Assembly (NCBI GenBank): GCA_016288655.1
Contig: JAEEKX010000022.1
Location: 55,693-119,692, forward strand
Direction: 5' to 3'
Length of the DNA: 64,000 nucleotides
Source: Bacteroidales bacterium
GTDB lineage: Bacteria > Bacteroidota > Bacteroidia > Bacteroidales > WCHB1-69
Below are positions 21,277 to 30,968 of this stretch, piece by piece. A program made the position numbers and the translations under genes. Within the stretch, counting starts at the first letter, position 1; the number at the start of each line of letters is the position of its first letter. A model generated the notes under the pieces. The model worked only from the letters and a program-made list of their open reading frames with translations. It ran no database searches and had not been told where the DNA came from.

Positions 21277-23421
21277 ATGGAACCGATGAACTATGCAGCG
21301 GTCATCGCCAAGGAATTGGGCCTGCGGCTCAAGCAGGTCGAAAACGTGCTGGAGCTCCTCGAGTCGGGGGCGACGATTCCCTTCATCGCGCGCTACCGCA
21401 AGGAGGCCACCGACTCGCTCGACGAGGTGCAGATAGGCAACATCCGCGACCGGCACCTCAAGTTGGTGGAGTTGGACAAGCGGCGTGCCGCCATTCTTGA
21501 CTCCATCCGCGAGCAGGGCAAACTGACCGCCGAGTTGGAGGCACAGATCATGTCCGCCGACGCGATGGCGGTTTTGGAAGACCTGTATCTCCCCTACCGT
21601 CCGAAGCGCAAGACGCGGGCGTCGGTGGCGAAGGAGAAGGGGTTGGAGCCGCTGGCGGCCATCATCATGAGCCAGCGCGAGGAGAACCTGCTGCGCGTGG
21701 CGCGGGCGCATGTCAACCCCGCCAACGGCGTGGAGAGCGCCGACGACGCCCTCGCCGGCGCCCGCGACATCATTGCCGAGTGGGTCTCCGAGAACGCTTC
21801 CGTGCGCAACCGCCTCCGTCAGTTCTTCACCAAAGAGGCCGTCATCACTTCCAAGGTGGTGAAAGGCAAGGAGAAAGAGGGCGAGAAGTTCAGTTCCTAC
21901 TTCGACTTTTCGGAACGCATCTGCCGGTCGCAGTCGCATCGTCTGTTAGCCATGTTCCGTGGCGAAGAGGCCGGCTTCTTGCGGCTCTCCATCGAGCCGG
22001 CGGCAGAGCGCGTGCTGCCCGGACTGAAGAAGCACTTCGTGAAGAGCCGCAACGCCTGCGGCGAGCAGGTGGAACTGGCCGTCACCGACTCCTACAAACG
22101 CCTGCTGCAACCGCAGATGGAGACAGAGATGCGGCACATATTCAAGGAGAAGGCCGATGTGGAGGCCATCCGCGTCTTTGCCGAGAACCTGCGGCAGTTG
22201 CTGCTCGCACCGCCGCTCGGGCAGAAGATCGTGATGGCCATCGACCCGGGTTTCCGCACGGGCTGCAAGGTGGTTGTCCTGGATCGTCAGGGGCAACTGC
22301 TGCACAACGAGACCATCTACCCGCATCCGCCGAAAGCGGAGTACCGCCTTGCCAGCGACAAGTTGAAGCGCATGGTGGAGCAGTACAAGGTGGAAGCCAT
22401 CGCCATCGGCAACGGCACCGCCGGCCGCGAAACCGAGTATTTCGTCAGCAAGATCCCCTTCCCGCGCGACGTGCAGGTGGTGGTGGTCAGCGAAAGCGGC
22501 GCATCCATCTACTCCGCTTCGCAGGTGGCCCGCGACGAGTTCCCCGACTACGACGTCACCGTCCGCGGCGCCGTCAGCATCGGGCGTCGCCTGATGGATC
22601 CGTTGGCCGAGTTGGTGAAGATACCGCCGAAGTCCATCGGCGTGGGACAGTACCAACATGATGTCAACCAGACACTTCTGCAAGACAGTTTGAACTCCAC
22701 AGTGGAGAGTTGCGTCAACTATGTGGGGGTGGAAGTGAATACGGCGAGCAAGGAGTTGCTGGCCTACGTGTCGGGCGTCGGTCCGGCGCTGGCGGGCAAC
22801 ATCGTCGCCTATCGCAACCAGCACGGCCCCTTCTCCTCGCGCCGCGAACTCAACGACGTGCCCCGTTTCGGCGCCAAGGCATTCGAGCAGGCCGCCGGAT
22901 TCCTGCGCATTCACGGCGCCGCCAATCCGTTGGACGCCAGCGCCGTACACCCCGAGAACTACGCCGTCGTCGATCAGATGGCCCGCCGCTGCGGCTGCTC
23001 CGTCGCCGATCTCATGCACGACGCCGACAAGCGCAATGCCATCGTCCTTGACGACTACGTCTCCCCCACTGTCGGCCTGCCCACCTTGCGCGACATCATG
23101 CAGGAGTTGGCCAAACCCGGCCGCGACCCGCGCCCCCAGTTCGAAGTCTTCTCCTTCGACAAGTCCATCCGTACCATCAACGACCTTGCCGTCGGCATGG
23201 TGGTGCCGGGCATCATCACCAATATCACCAACTTCGGCTGCTTCGTCGATATTGGTGTACACCAAGACGGGCTCGTCCATGTCAAGGAGTTGTCTCACAA
23301 CCGCGTGGATCGACCGGGCGACGTGGTCAAACTGCATCAGAAAGTGTGGGTGCGCGTCACCGCGGTCGATCTCGACCGCAAACGCATCAGTTTATCCATG
23401 AAAGACGTCAGTCATTCCTAA
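21277..23421 (+). CDS. tex: Tex-like transcription accessory protein (YqgF/HHH/S1 domains)
   Basis: The conserved N-terminus IAKELGLRLKQVENVLELLESGATIPFIARYRKEATDSLDE follows the ATG at 21277. The C-terminal S1 domain is GMVVPGIITNITNFGCFVDIGVHQDGLVHVKEL. The start lies 1 nt after the EF-G stop. Confidence 0.9.
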   Translation: MEPMNYAAVIAKELGLRLKQVENVLELLESGATIPFIARYRKEATDSLDEVQIGNIRDRHLKLVELDKRRAAILDSIREQGKLTAELEAQIMSADAMAVLEDLYLPYRPKRKTRASVAKEKGLEPLAAIIMSQREENLLRVARAHVNPANGVESADDALAGARDIIAEWVSENASVRNRLRQFFTKEAVITSKVVKGKEKEGEKFSSYFDFSERICRSQSHRLLAMFRGEEAGFLRLSIEPAAERVLPGLKKHFVKSRNACGEQVELAVTDSYKRLLQPQMETEMRHIFKEKADVEAIRVFAENLRQLLLAPPLGQKIVMAIDPGFRTGCKVVVLDRQGQLLHNETIYPHPPKAEYRLASDKLKRMVEQYKVEAIAIGNGTAGRETEYFVSKIPFPRDVQVVVVSESGASIYSASQVARDEFPDYDVTVRGAVSIGRRLMDPLAELVKIPPKSIGVGQYQHDVNQTLLQDSLNSTVESCVNYVGVEVNTASKELLAYVSGVGPALAGNIVAYRNQHGPFSSRRELNDVPRFGAKAFEQAAGFLRIHGAANPLDASAVHPENYAVVDQMARRCGCSVADLMHDADKRNAIVLDDYVSPTVGLPTLRDIMQELAKPGRDPRPQFEVFSFDKSIRTINDLAVGMVVPGIITNITNFGCFVDIGVHQDGLVHVKELSHNRVDRPGDVVKLHQKVWVRVTAVDLDRKRISLSMKDVSHS

Positions 23422-23438
23422 ATCGATTTCTTACTACA

Positions 23439-25553
23439 ATGACTTCCAACTACTTACAGACAGCGATTGAATTTCTGCGGGGCGTCGGTCCCCAGCGTGC
23501 CAAGGTGTTGAAGGCCGAATTCAACATCTTCACATACCATGACTTGCTCTATTATTTTCCGTTCCGCCATGTGGATAAGGCGACGGTGTATCATATCCGT
23601 GACATCCAGACGGAGGGCAACTACATGCAGTTCCAAGGCGACATCACGGGCATTCAGATGCTGGGCGAAGGGCGCAGCCGGCGTTTGTCAGCGCAGTTTA
23701 CCGACGGCACCGGCACCATGGAACTCGTCTGGTTCAACGGCGTGCGTTGGATGGAGGAAATCGTGCGGAAAAACTGCCATAACGTGCTGATTTTCGGCAA
23801 GCCCACCATCTTCAACAACCGATGGAACATGACTCATCCCGAGATCATCGACCCCAACTCCAACAACGGCTCTTCTATCAAGCAGCACTTCTTCCCTCTA
23901 TACAACACTTCCGACAAGGCGAAGCGGGCGGGCTTGGATTCCAAAGCGGTGGCGAAACTCACGGCCACGCTGTTGCTGGATCTGCAGGGGCATCCCATTC
24001 CGGAAACGTTGCCTCAACCCTTGGTGGCGCAGCATCGGATGATGTCGCTTCAGGAGGCGCTTTTCAATATCCATTATCCTGAAAACCAGACCAAATTGGC
24101 TGCGGCCACCGTTCGACTGAAGTTCGACGAACTTTTCTATACTCAACTTAAAATGTTGAAACTCAAATTGTTGACAGAGCGTCGGTTCCGCGGGCACATC
24201 TTCTCGCGCGTCGGCGAGAGTTTCAACGAGTTTTACAACCACCATTTGAAATTTGAACTGACGGATGCACAGAAGCGGGTCATCAAAGAGATCCGGGCTG
24301 ACATGGGCAGCGGGCGGCAGATGAACCGGCTGCTGCAGGGCGACGTGGGTAGCGGCAAGACCATCACGGCACTGCTGGTGATGCTCATCGCCAACGACAA
24401 CGGCTTCCAGTCGTGCCTGATGGCGCCGACGGAGATCCTGGCGCAACAACATTACGCCAACATCTCGAAGCAGGTGGAGGGCATGGGGATCGGCGTCGCG
24501 CTGCTGACAGGTTCCACCAAGTCCGCCGAACGCAAGGTCATACACCAAGGCCTGCTCGACGGCAGCATTCGCATCCTCATCGGCACGCACGCGCTGATTG
24601 AGAACGAAGTGCAGTTCGAGAACCTCGGGTTGGCCGTCATCGACGAGCAGCACCGTTTCGGCGTGGAGCAACGCGCCAAGTTGTGGAAGAAGAACCGCAT
24701 CCCGCCGCACATCTTGGTGATGACGGCGACACCCATCCCGCGCACGCTCGCCATGACCGTCTATGGCGACCTCGACGTCTCCATCATCGACGAGCTGCCC
24801 AAAGGACGCAAGCCCATCATAACCAAGCATTTATATGAAAGAGACCGCAACCGTCTCTTCTACTTCCTGCGTCAGCAGGTGGATGCCGGAAGGCAGGTCT
24901 TTGTCGTCTATCCGTTGATTCAGGAGTCTGAAAAGATGGATTTGTTGGATCTGCAAGCGGGTTTCGATGCGATGTCGCGGTCGTTCCCGTTGCCGCGCTA
25001 CGCCGTGGGCATGGTGCATGGGAAGATGCCGAATGACGTGAAAGAGTATGAAATGCAACGGTTTAGCAAGGGCGAGACCAACATTCTTGTCTCCACTACG
25101 GTCATCGAGGTGGGTATCGACATTCCGAACGCCACGGTGATGGTGATCGAGAATGCGGAGCGGTTCGGACTGTCGCAGTTGCACCAGTTGCGCGGGCGCG
25201 TCGGGCGCGGCGGCGTGCAGTCGTACTGCATCCTCATGTCGGGCGAGAAGTTGAGCAGTGATGGCAAGCAGCGGCTTGACGCCATGGTGAGCACCACCGA
25301 CGGCTTCGAGATCGCCAATTTCGACCTGAAACTGCGCGGACCGGGCGACCTGCAGGGTACGCAACAGAGTGGCGTCCTCGACTTCAAAATAGCTGATATC
25401 GTGAAAGATGAGAAATTAGTCTCCTATACCCGCGAGTTGGCCCGACAGATCTTGGAAAAGGATCCCGACCTCACCCGTCCTGACAATAAAATCCTGTCCG
25501 AACAGTTGCAGGAACGGATGAAACAGGAGAAGTTCTGGGGAATGATCAGTTGA
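23439..25553 (+). CDS. recG: ATP-dependent DNA helicase RecG
   Basis: The start is the ATG at 23439 (MTSNYLQTAIEFLRGVGPQRAKVL). Helicase motifs present: LQGDVGSGKT, DEQHRFG, MTATPIPRTL, QLHQLRGRVGRG. Confidence 0.95.
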   Translation: MTSNYLQTAIEFLRGVGPQRAKVLKAEFNIFTYHDLLYYFPFRHVDKATVYHIRDIQTEGNYMQFQGDITGIQMLGEGRSRRLSAQFTDGTGTMELVWFNGVRWMEEIVRKNCHNVLIFGKPTIFNNRWNMTHPEIIDPNSNNGSSIKQHFFPLYNTSDKAKRAGLDSKAVAKLTATLLLDLQGHPIPETLPQPLVAQHRMMSLQEALFNIHYPENQTKLAAATVRLKFDELFYTQLKMLKLKLLTERRFRGHIFSRVGESFNEFYNHHLKFELTDAQKRVIKEIRADMGSGRQMNRLLQGDVGSGKTITALLVMLIANDNGFQSCLMAPTEILAQQHYANISKQVEGMGIGVALLTGSTKSAERKVIHQGLLDGSIRILIGTHALIENEVQFENLGLAVIDEQHRFGVEQRAKLWKKNRIPPHILVMTATPIPRTLAMTVYGDLDVSIIDELPKGRKPIITKHLYERDRNRLFYFLRQQVDAGRQVFVVYPLIQESEKMDLLDLQAGFDAMSRSFPLPRYAVGMVHGKMPNDVKEYEMQRFSKGETNILVSTTVIEVGIDIPNATVMVIENAERFGLSQLHQLRGRVGRGGVQSYCILMSGEKLSSDGKQRLDAMVSTTDGFEIANFDLKLRGPGDLQGTQQSGVLDFKIADIVKDEKLVSYTRELARQILEKDPDLTRPDNKILSEQLQERMKQEKFWGMIS

Positions 25554-25555
25554 TG

Positions 25556-26302
25556 CTATCCGCGGTCGTTGTTTTTCCGCAGCAGCGTGGCGTTATCCAC
25601 ATAATGTTGTAAATCATCCTTGTAGGTGTTGCTCACCGGAAGCAAGGTCCCATCCGACAGCACCACCTCCTGACGGCGCAGGTTGTCGATGGCATCCAAC
25701 GCGATGATGTAGGAACGGTGGATGCGCATGAAACGGTCTTTCGGCAACGAATCTGCCATCAACTTCACACTCATGAAGGTCATGATGCTGCGCCCGTCCT
25801 TGAAGTGAACCCGGATGTATTCGCTCATCGCCTCCACATACAAAATGGATTGAAACGGAACTTTAACGCTTTGGTTGTCGGCGCGTAAGAAAATAAAGTC
25901 GGCCGTTTGGGGCTGACTCGCCGTGCTTTTATTGTCTCCGCGCATCCATTCCAGATATTGGCGTGCCTTCATGGCGGATTTCAGGAAGGCGTCATAGCCA
26001 TACGGTTTAAGCAGGTAGTCGATGGCATCAATCTTGAAACTCTCCACCGCATACTCTTCGTATGCCGTACTGAAGACAACTAACGGCTTGTTTTGCAATG
26101 ATTTGACAAAATCAAGACCAGTGATGTCGGGCATGTTGATATCCGTGTACATCAGGTCAACAGGCTGCTTCAGCAGCAACTCTGCCGCGTCGGAGGCAGA
26201 AGAAAACGAGCCCACCAATTGCAGAAAAGGCGTTTTTTTGATATAACGTTCCAGCTGTCTCAAGGCAAGCGGTTCGTCATCGATGGCTACGCAGGTAATC
26301 AT
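25556..26302 (-). CDS. LytR/AlgR-family response regulator (receiver + LytTR DNA-binding domain)
   Basis: A 248-aa ORF. The receiver is VAIDDEPLALRQLERYI...DLMYTDINMPDITGLDF. The LytTR C-terminus is FIFLRADNQSVKVPFQSILYVEAMSEYIRVHF...FMRIHRSYIIALDAI. Confidence 0.9.
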   Translation of the reverse strand: MITCVAIDDEPLALRQLERYIKKTPFLQLVGSFSSASDAAELLLKQPVDLMYTDINMPDITGLDFVKSLQNKPLVVFSTAYEEYAVESFKIDAIDYLLKPYGYDAFLKSAMKARQYLEWMRGDNKSTASQPQTADFIFLRADNQSVKVPFQSILYVEAMSEYIRVHFKDGRSIMTFMSVKLMADSLPKDRFMRIHRSYIIALDAIDNLRRQEVVLSDGTLLPVSNTYKDDLQHYVDNATLLRKNNDRG

Positions 26303-27513
26303 ATTCTAGGAATATTTAATTCGGCATAATATTCTGTATCACTTTCTGTTACATGGTAATAATAGCGGTTCGGGTAGATCTGTTCCAAGCGTTTGAGCAG
26401 ACTATCAAGCCCATAGCCTGTCGATTGCACTTGTCGTTTGTTTATAGGCTTACTATTACGTATGGAACAGTAAATTGTTTCATTTTCAACATACAATTTG
26501 AGATGGACGAAGGATTCGTCCTGATAGGAGATGCCGTGTTTGAAGGCGTTTCCGGCTAAATTCAGGTAAAGCGCCGGAGCCACGCGGGCGGGTGGAAGCG
26601 GGTTTTGGATGTCGAATCGGATATCCACCTTATCGGTGAACCGCATGCGCATCAGGTCGAAATAGCACCGCAGCGACTCCACCTCCTTGTCCAACGTCAC
26701 CCATTCCGTATTGATTTCTTGATGGATGTACCGCATGATGTGCGACAGTAGCAGCACGGACTCCTGTGCTCGTTCCGTATCCTCGCCAATCAGTGCGTAG
26801 ATGTTGTTGAGGGTGTTCATCATAAAATGCGGGTTCAACTGCGATTTAAGCACTTGCAATTCAGTGACTTTAATCTCCTTTTCCATCATGGCCTTCTCCT
26901 TTTCCAACCGTGCCTTTTCGCGCTCCATGGAACGGCCATAGGAGATAAAGTGGATGGCTGAGAATTCAACCAGAGTGACAAAACAGAGCAGGAAATAGAA
27001 GATCCAACGGCGGAAGGGCAGGTCATGGTCGAATGTGGAGTTGTAATCCGACAGCAAGAATCGGGTGCGTGCTTTGCATGAGTCCACCACTTGCTCTCCA
27101 GTGTGATTCCTTTCATCAACAAGATGTTTCAAATAGTCGAATCCATCTTGGTTGTCGAAATAGATGACCGATTCCTGCAAGGCTGCATCCTCCTGTTCAG
27201 AATAGGATAGCGGCATCAACGGCCGGATCCAGATGCTCCACACCAGCGAGATGACGATGACAAATCCCACGGAACCAACGACATACTGATAGATCTTGCG
27301 ATTATGGACGAACCGCGGGAAAAACCAGAAAGCCAATGCCACGTATGTCAATATGATGGGCAGTGTCCGCGGCAATAGATTGACATCGAAGATGATGTGG
27401 CTGTCCGTGTAGTTGATGTCCAGACAGAGATACACCGCGACACTCAGCGTGAAGGCCAAACTGATAAGGTAGGTTGTAGATGATTCCCAAGCGGCTCTTA
27501 ACCTTTTTTTCAT
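26299..27513 (-). CDS. LytS/YehU-type sensor histidine kinase (multi-TM sensor, His_kinase + HATPase_c)
   Basis: A 404-aa ORF with several N-terminal TM helices. The phosphoacceptor region is LKSQLNPHFMMNTLNNIYALI and the ATPase block is NAFKHG. There is a 4-nt overlap with the genes on both sides. Confidence 0.85.
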   Translation of the reverse strand: MKKRLRAAWESSTTYLISLAFTLSVAVYLCLDINYTDSHIIFDVNLLPRTLPIILTYVALAFWFFPRFVHNRKIYQYVVGSVGFVIVISLVWSIWIRPLMPLSYSEQEDAALQESVIYFDNQDGFDYLKHLVDERNHTGEQVVDSCKARTRFLLSDYNSTFDHDLPFRRWIFYFLLCFVTLVEFSAIHFISYGRSMEREKARLEKEKAMMEKEIKVTELQVLKSQLNPHFMMNTLNNIYALIGEDTERAQESVLLLSHIMRYIHQEINTEWVTLDKEVESLRCYFDLMRMRFTDKVDIRFDIQNPLPPARVAPALYLNLAGNAFKHGISYQDESFVHLKLYVENETIYCSIRNSKPINKRQVQSTGYGLDSLLKRLEQIYPNRYYYHVTESDTEYYAELNIPRI

Positions 27514-28193
27514 TTGTGCTTGAATCCGTATTTAAAACCAATATAATAAACGTTTTCCGGTTTGGCGACCTGCATTTCGTTGTCCGCGCGGAAGAATACG
27601 CCGATGGTGCTCCCCGCATTCAGCCGGTAATCCCAGCCCACGATGGTGCGGAAGCGATCGACAATGTTGGCGTCTTTTTTGTAAAGTCGCAGGAAAAATT
27701 CGGTGGAGGCATACAGTGTCATCGGGTGGGCGGGAAAGACGTACTCCAACTGCAGACGCCCGCGCAGGTAGGTCTTGGGGTTGAACTTGACATGCCGCCG
27801 CTGCTCATCGTAAAATGTGGATTGAATCCGCAATCGGAAGGATGGCTTGAACTGCCGGATCCGCTCCGTGTAGGTGATGGATCCGAGCACGCGCCCGCGA
27901 TTTTCGGGCGTTCCTTCCTGATTGTAAAGAAGATAACGGCCACCGACGCTGACCTTGAAGCGTTTGTCCCAAAAGGAGTAACTCAAGTCGGCACTCAACT
28001 TTAAACGGTTGAAATTGGTAAAACATTGATTGAATCGGCCTTCCGCGCCGATGCCGAAGTTCAGCCCCTTTACAATCCGTTGTTCGAAACCCACCTCCAA
28101 CAGTCCGCCAAAATCATGCGTCTGCGACGATACGAAAGCGGGCGCACAGAGCAGGATCATCCATAAAAAGGCGGCTAAACGTTTCAATTTCAA
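27510..28193 (-). CDS. DUF2490-family predicted outer-membrane beta-barrel protein
   Basis: A 227-aa ORF with a signal peptide (FLWMILLCAPAFVSSQ). It has an alternating amphipathic beta-strand pattern and a terminal aromatic region (YYIGFKYGFKHK). The similarity to DUF2490 is recalled, not searched. Confidence 0.65.
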   Translation of the reverse strand: MKLKRLAAFLWMILLCAPAFVSSQTHDFGGLLEVGFEQRIVKGLNFGIGAEGRFNQCFTNFNRLKLSADLSYSFWDKRFKVSVGGRYLLYNQEGTPENRGRVLGSITYTERIRQFKPSFRLRIQSTFYDEQRRHVKFNPKTYLRGRLQLEYVFPAHPMTLYASTEFFLRLYKKDANIVDRFRTIVGWDYRLNAGSTIGVFFRADNEMQVAKPENVYYIGFKYGFKHK

Positions 28194-28198
28194 TAGTT

Positions 28199-28942
28199 TT
28201 ATTTCATAAACTCCTTGTGCTTCACCAAGGTGTCGATGGTGTTGGGTTCGTCGGAAATCGGCTCGTAGTGGATCTTCACGTAGGCCACATCCCGCAGAAA
28301 GTCGATATGACCGACTTCTATACGATTGATTTTCAAACCAGTTCGCTCTTCCAAATCGGCTTTCAACTCCGCCTCCCTACCATGCTTGATCAACTCGATC
28401 TTGTCGTAAAGAATAATCTTGGCAGGTTTCTGCCTCGCGCCGAAGAGTCCATCAACCACAGCGATGACGATAATAAACAACAGATTGATAATCAAGAGAT
28501 TGATATAACCATGCGACATGGCCAAGCCGTTGATGACGGCCACGCCGATGGTGACGAACAGGTAGGTCATTTCCCGTATCGGTACCGTTTCCGTGCGGTA
28601 TCGGATCATGCCGAAGATGGCGAAGAGACCGAGGGCGAAGCCCATGCCGAGGTTCACGTTGTTGAGCAGGAACATCAGCAGGAACACCGTCACACTGAAC
28701 AGCATGAAGGTGTAGTAATAGTCTTTGCGCTTGCTTTTTCTATAATAGAAGAAGTGGACAATGATCCAGCAAACCAACAAGTTAAACAGGAAGAGGATGC
28801 CTAACGACAACAGACTATCCTTTTGGATGAGAGGGATGCCTAAGATGTCGTTGGCGGAGGCGATCTCCTGGAGATCCGATGAAAATTCGCGGGCGATTTC
28901 GGGATCGAACTGTTCCGCTTGGAGTAAAAGATGACTCAACAT
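28199..28942 (-). CDS. DUF4956-family multi-pass membrane protein
   Basis: A 247-aa ORF with 4-5 TM helices. The conserved-looking block FAIFGMIRYRTETVPIREMTYLF is followed by a soluble C-terminal domain. It overlaps the upstream VTC gene by 7 nt, the usual partner arrangement. Confidence 0.7.
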   Translation of the reverse strand: MLSHLLLQAEQFDPEIAREFSSDLQEIASANDILGIPLIQKDSLLSLGILFLFNLLVCWIIVHFFYYRKSKRKDYYYTFMLFSVTVFLLMFLLNNVNLGMGFALGLFAIFGMIRYRTETVPIREMTYLFVTIGVAVINGLAMSHGYINLLIINLLFIIVIAVVDGLFGARQKPAKIILYDKIELIKHGREAELKADLEERTGLKINRIEVGHIDFLRDVAYVKIHYEPISDEPNTIDTLVKHKEFMK

Positions 28943-29733
28943 TCGTTCATGTTTTTAATGGATGACTGATCTGATTTCAAAAACTCGATATAACGCAGTT
29001 TCTTCTTGAAACGGTTGTATTTGACGTCGGGGTTGGTGAGTATGGTGCCGAGGCAGTATTTGCTGATGCGGTAGGGTCGGATCCGCAGGTCGCGCAGCAG
29101 GCGTTTGAAGAACGACGGGATGTTGCCGTCCTGTTTCAGTTCGATGATGACGAGGTGTGGCACTTCGGCGTTTTTTTCGGTGTGGCGGTTGCGGAAGCGG
29201 ATGTTCATGTCGATGGTGAGGCGCTCGCTCTTCCCACGGTTGACGAGGGTGATGCGGTCGAACTCGTTCTCTACCTGCGGCACGAGCGTATTTACGTCGT
29301 AATTCAGGCGTTCGACGACGAATCGGCGCGGCTCGTCGAATTCCAGCATCCGCCCGAACTGGCTTACTTCGATGCCGATGCGTTTCTTCTTGGTACGCTT
29401 CTTGTTGGTCTTGTTCTTGATTTCGCAGAAGGCGGTGTCGGTGTCGCAGTAGATGCGGGCGCGCAGTTTCTGACGGGTGAGTTTCTGGTTGTGGTGGGCG
29501 ATGTACATCTGCGCGTCCGGCGTATCGTAATACAGCGTGTTGTAGTGGGCGATGCGGCGGCCGACATTCTCCTGCACGAAATAGCCGTCGGTGAGGTAAG
29601 CGAGGATTTCGGGCAGCCGGTCCTGGGAAACGAGGTATTTCGAGTCGATGCGGTTCATCAACTTCACCGCACTCATCTCCTCCAAGGTGATGGGTGCGAA
29701 GTGGGTCAGTACCTGCTCGACCGAATCGTTCAT
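28936..29733 (-). CDS. VTC-domain (polyphosphate-polymerase-like, triphosphate tunnel metalloenzyme fold) protein
   Basis: A 265-aa ORF with alternating charged tunnel strands: NRIDSKYLV, YNTLYYDTPD, KLRARIY, FCEIKNK, RITLVN, ERLTIDMNIRF, VIIELKQ. Confidence 0.72.
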   Translation of the reverse strand: MNDSVEQVLTHFAPITLEEMSAVKLMNRIDSKYLVSQDRLPEILAYLTDGYFVQENVGRRIAHYNTLYYDTPDAQMYIAHHNQKLTRQKLRARIYCDTDTAFCEIKNKTNKKRTKKKRIGIEVSQFGRMLEFDEPRRFVVERLNYDVNTLVPQVENEFDRITLVNRGKSERLTIDMNIRFRNRHTEKNAEVPHLVIIELKQDGNIPSFFKRLLRDLRIRPYRISKYCLGTILTNPDVKYNRFKKKLRYIEFLKSDQSSIKNMNEC

Positions 29734-29741
29734 CGTTGGAA

Positions 29742-30155
29742 TTAATTGGAAAAGATGTACTCGAACTCCTTGGACGACTCCAACTTGCCGGATGGCAGGT
29801 AGTTGTACTGCTTTTTCTTGCTGCCGTCGGGATAGTACTCGAACTTGCGGATGCGCACGGGCTTGTTGCGGTTGTCATAGACCACCTGCCTGACGCACCG
29901 TCCATTGTCGTCGTACTCGTAGGTCACACGCGATTTCTGCCCGTAGTTGGCATATTCGACCTCCTCGACCTTGTAACCGTCGGCGTTGTATTTGGTCTCG
30001 TGGTCGAGATAGCGGGTGTTGGCGCCGGCGGGGGTGTTCCACTCCTTGATGGTCAGGTTCTTGCGCTTCTCACGCTTTTCGGACGCGCTTTGCGCACTCA
30101 ACAGGGAGGCCGAGAAGAGCGCCACAAGGAGACATAGGAGTACTCGTTTGTTCAT
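29742..30155 (-). CDS. Small secreted protein with short Tyr/Asp/Gly repeats (function unknown)
   Basis: A 137-aa ORF with a signal peptide (LLCLLVALFSASLLSAQS). The sequence is repetitive: YNADGYKVEEVEY / YEYDDNGRCVRQVVY / FEYYPDGSKKKQYNY. It is in-operon, with gaps of 8 and 10 nt. Confidence 0.5.
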   Translation of the reverse strand: MNKRVLLCLLVALFSASLLSAQSASEKREKRKNLTIKEWNTPAGANTRYLDHETKYNADGYKVEEVEYANYGQKSRVTYEYDDNGRCVRQVVYDNRNKPVRIRKFEYYPDGSKKKQYNYLPSGKLESSKEFEYIFSN

Positions 30156-30165
30156 TCCTTAAAAA

Positions 30166-30876
30166 TTAGACATTAATGGTAACGGTGAAAAGATCGACAT
30201 CGTATATCTGTCCGGCTTCGCTCACAGTGACGTATTGGGAGACGATGGAGGGGACCTCGTTGGTGTCTTCGGTGATGGTGAAGACCTCGTATTCACCCGG
30301 CTCGAGCTGTTGGAAGTAGTAGTAGCCGTCGTAGCCGACGCGCACGTCGTCGAAGTGGTAGGGCTCGCCCACGCGGCGGATATAGACGCGGTGCTCGTAG
30401 GCCCAACCGCTGCCACGGCTGCTGCCGTTGTGGATGTAGTTGGCCCACACCTGCCCGCGCACGAGCGAGGTGCCGTAGGCCTTCCCTTCGTGGATGTAGA
30501 TGGTGGGCACGCTCACGGTGCTGCCGGCAGGGAGTTCCACGGTCTCCGACACGGCGATCTTCTCACCCGATGGCAACACGGAGTATGCGAAGATGGTGTA
30601 GGTGCCCTTCTTCAGGTACTTGAAACGGTAGGTTCCGTCGGCGCCGGTCTCCATGTCGTCGCCGTACATCACGTCGTCACCATAGACGATAAAGACATCG
30701 ACCTTTGCTCCGACGATGGTATCGGCAGTAAGGTTGTAGTTGTCATTGTCGTGGACGACGACCATGATCTTGCCTTCGATGACGCCGGAGCCGCCCTCGC
30801 CTTCCCCCTTGCTGCAACCGAGCAGCAGAAAGGCCACCGCGCACACCCACATCATCATTCCCAATATTTTTTTCAT
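30166..30876 (-). CDS. Lipoprotein with two carboxypeptidase-regulatory-like (Ig-like beta-sandwich) modules
   Basis: A 236-aa ORF with a lipobox (LLLGC). Two blocks of the type G.V......ADGTYRF.YL..GTY.I and DGYYYFQQLEPGEYEV are typical of CarboxypepD_reg-like folds. Confidence 0.55.
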   Translation of the reverse strand: MKKILGMMMWVCAVAFLLLGCSKGEGEGGSGVIEGKIMVVVHDNDNYNLTADTIVGAKVDVFIVYGDDVMYGDDMETGADGTYRFKYLKKGTYTIFAYSVLPSGEKIAVSETVELPAGSTVSVPTIYIHEGKAYGTSLVRGQVWANYIHNGSSRGSGWAYEHRVYIRRVGEPYHFDDVRVGYDGYYYFQQLEPGEYEVFTITEDTNEVPSIVSQYVTVSEAGQIYDVDLFTVTINV

Positions 30877-30968
30877 AAAAAGAGTATCTATAAGATGATA
30901 AACGCAAAACTCACAACTCTATTACCTTTTCCCCTCAATCTTTAATCTTTAATTTCTAAACCTTGAAC

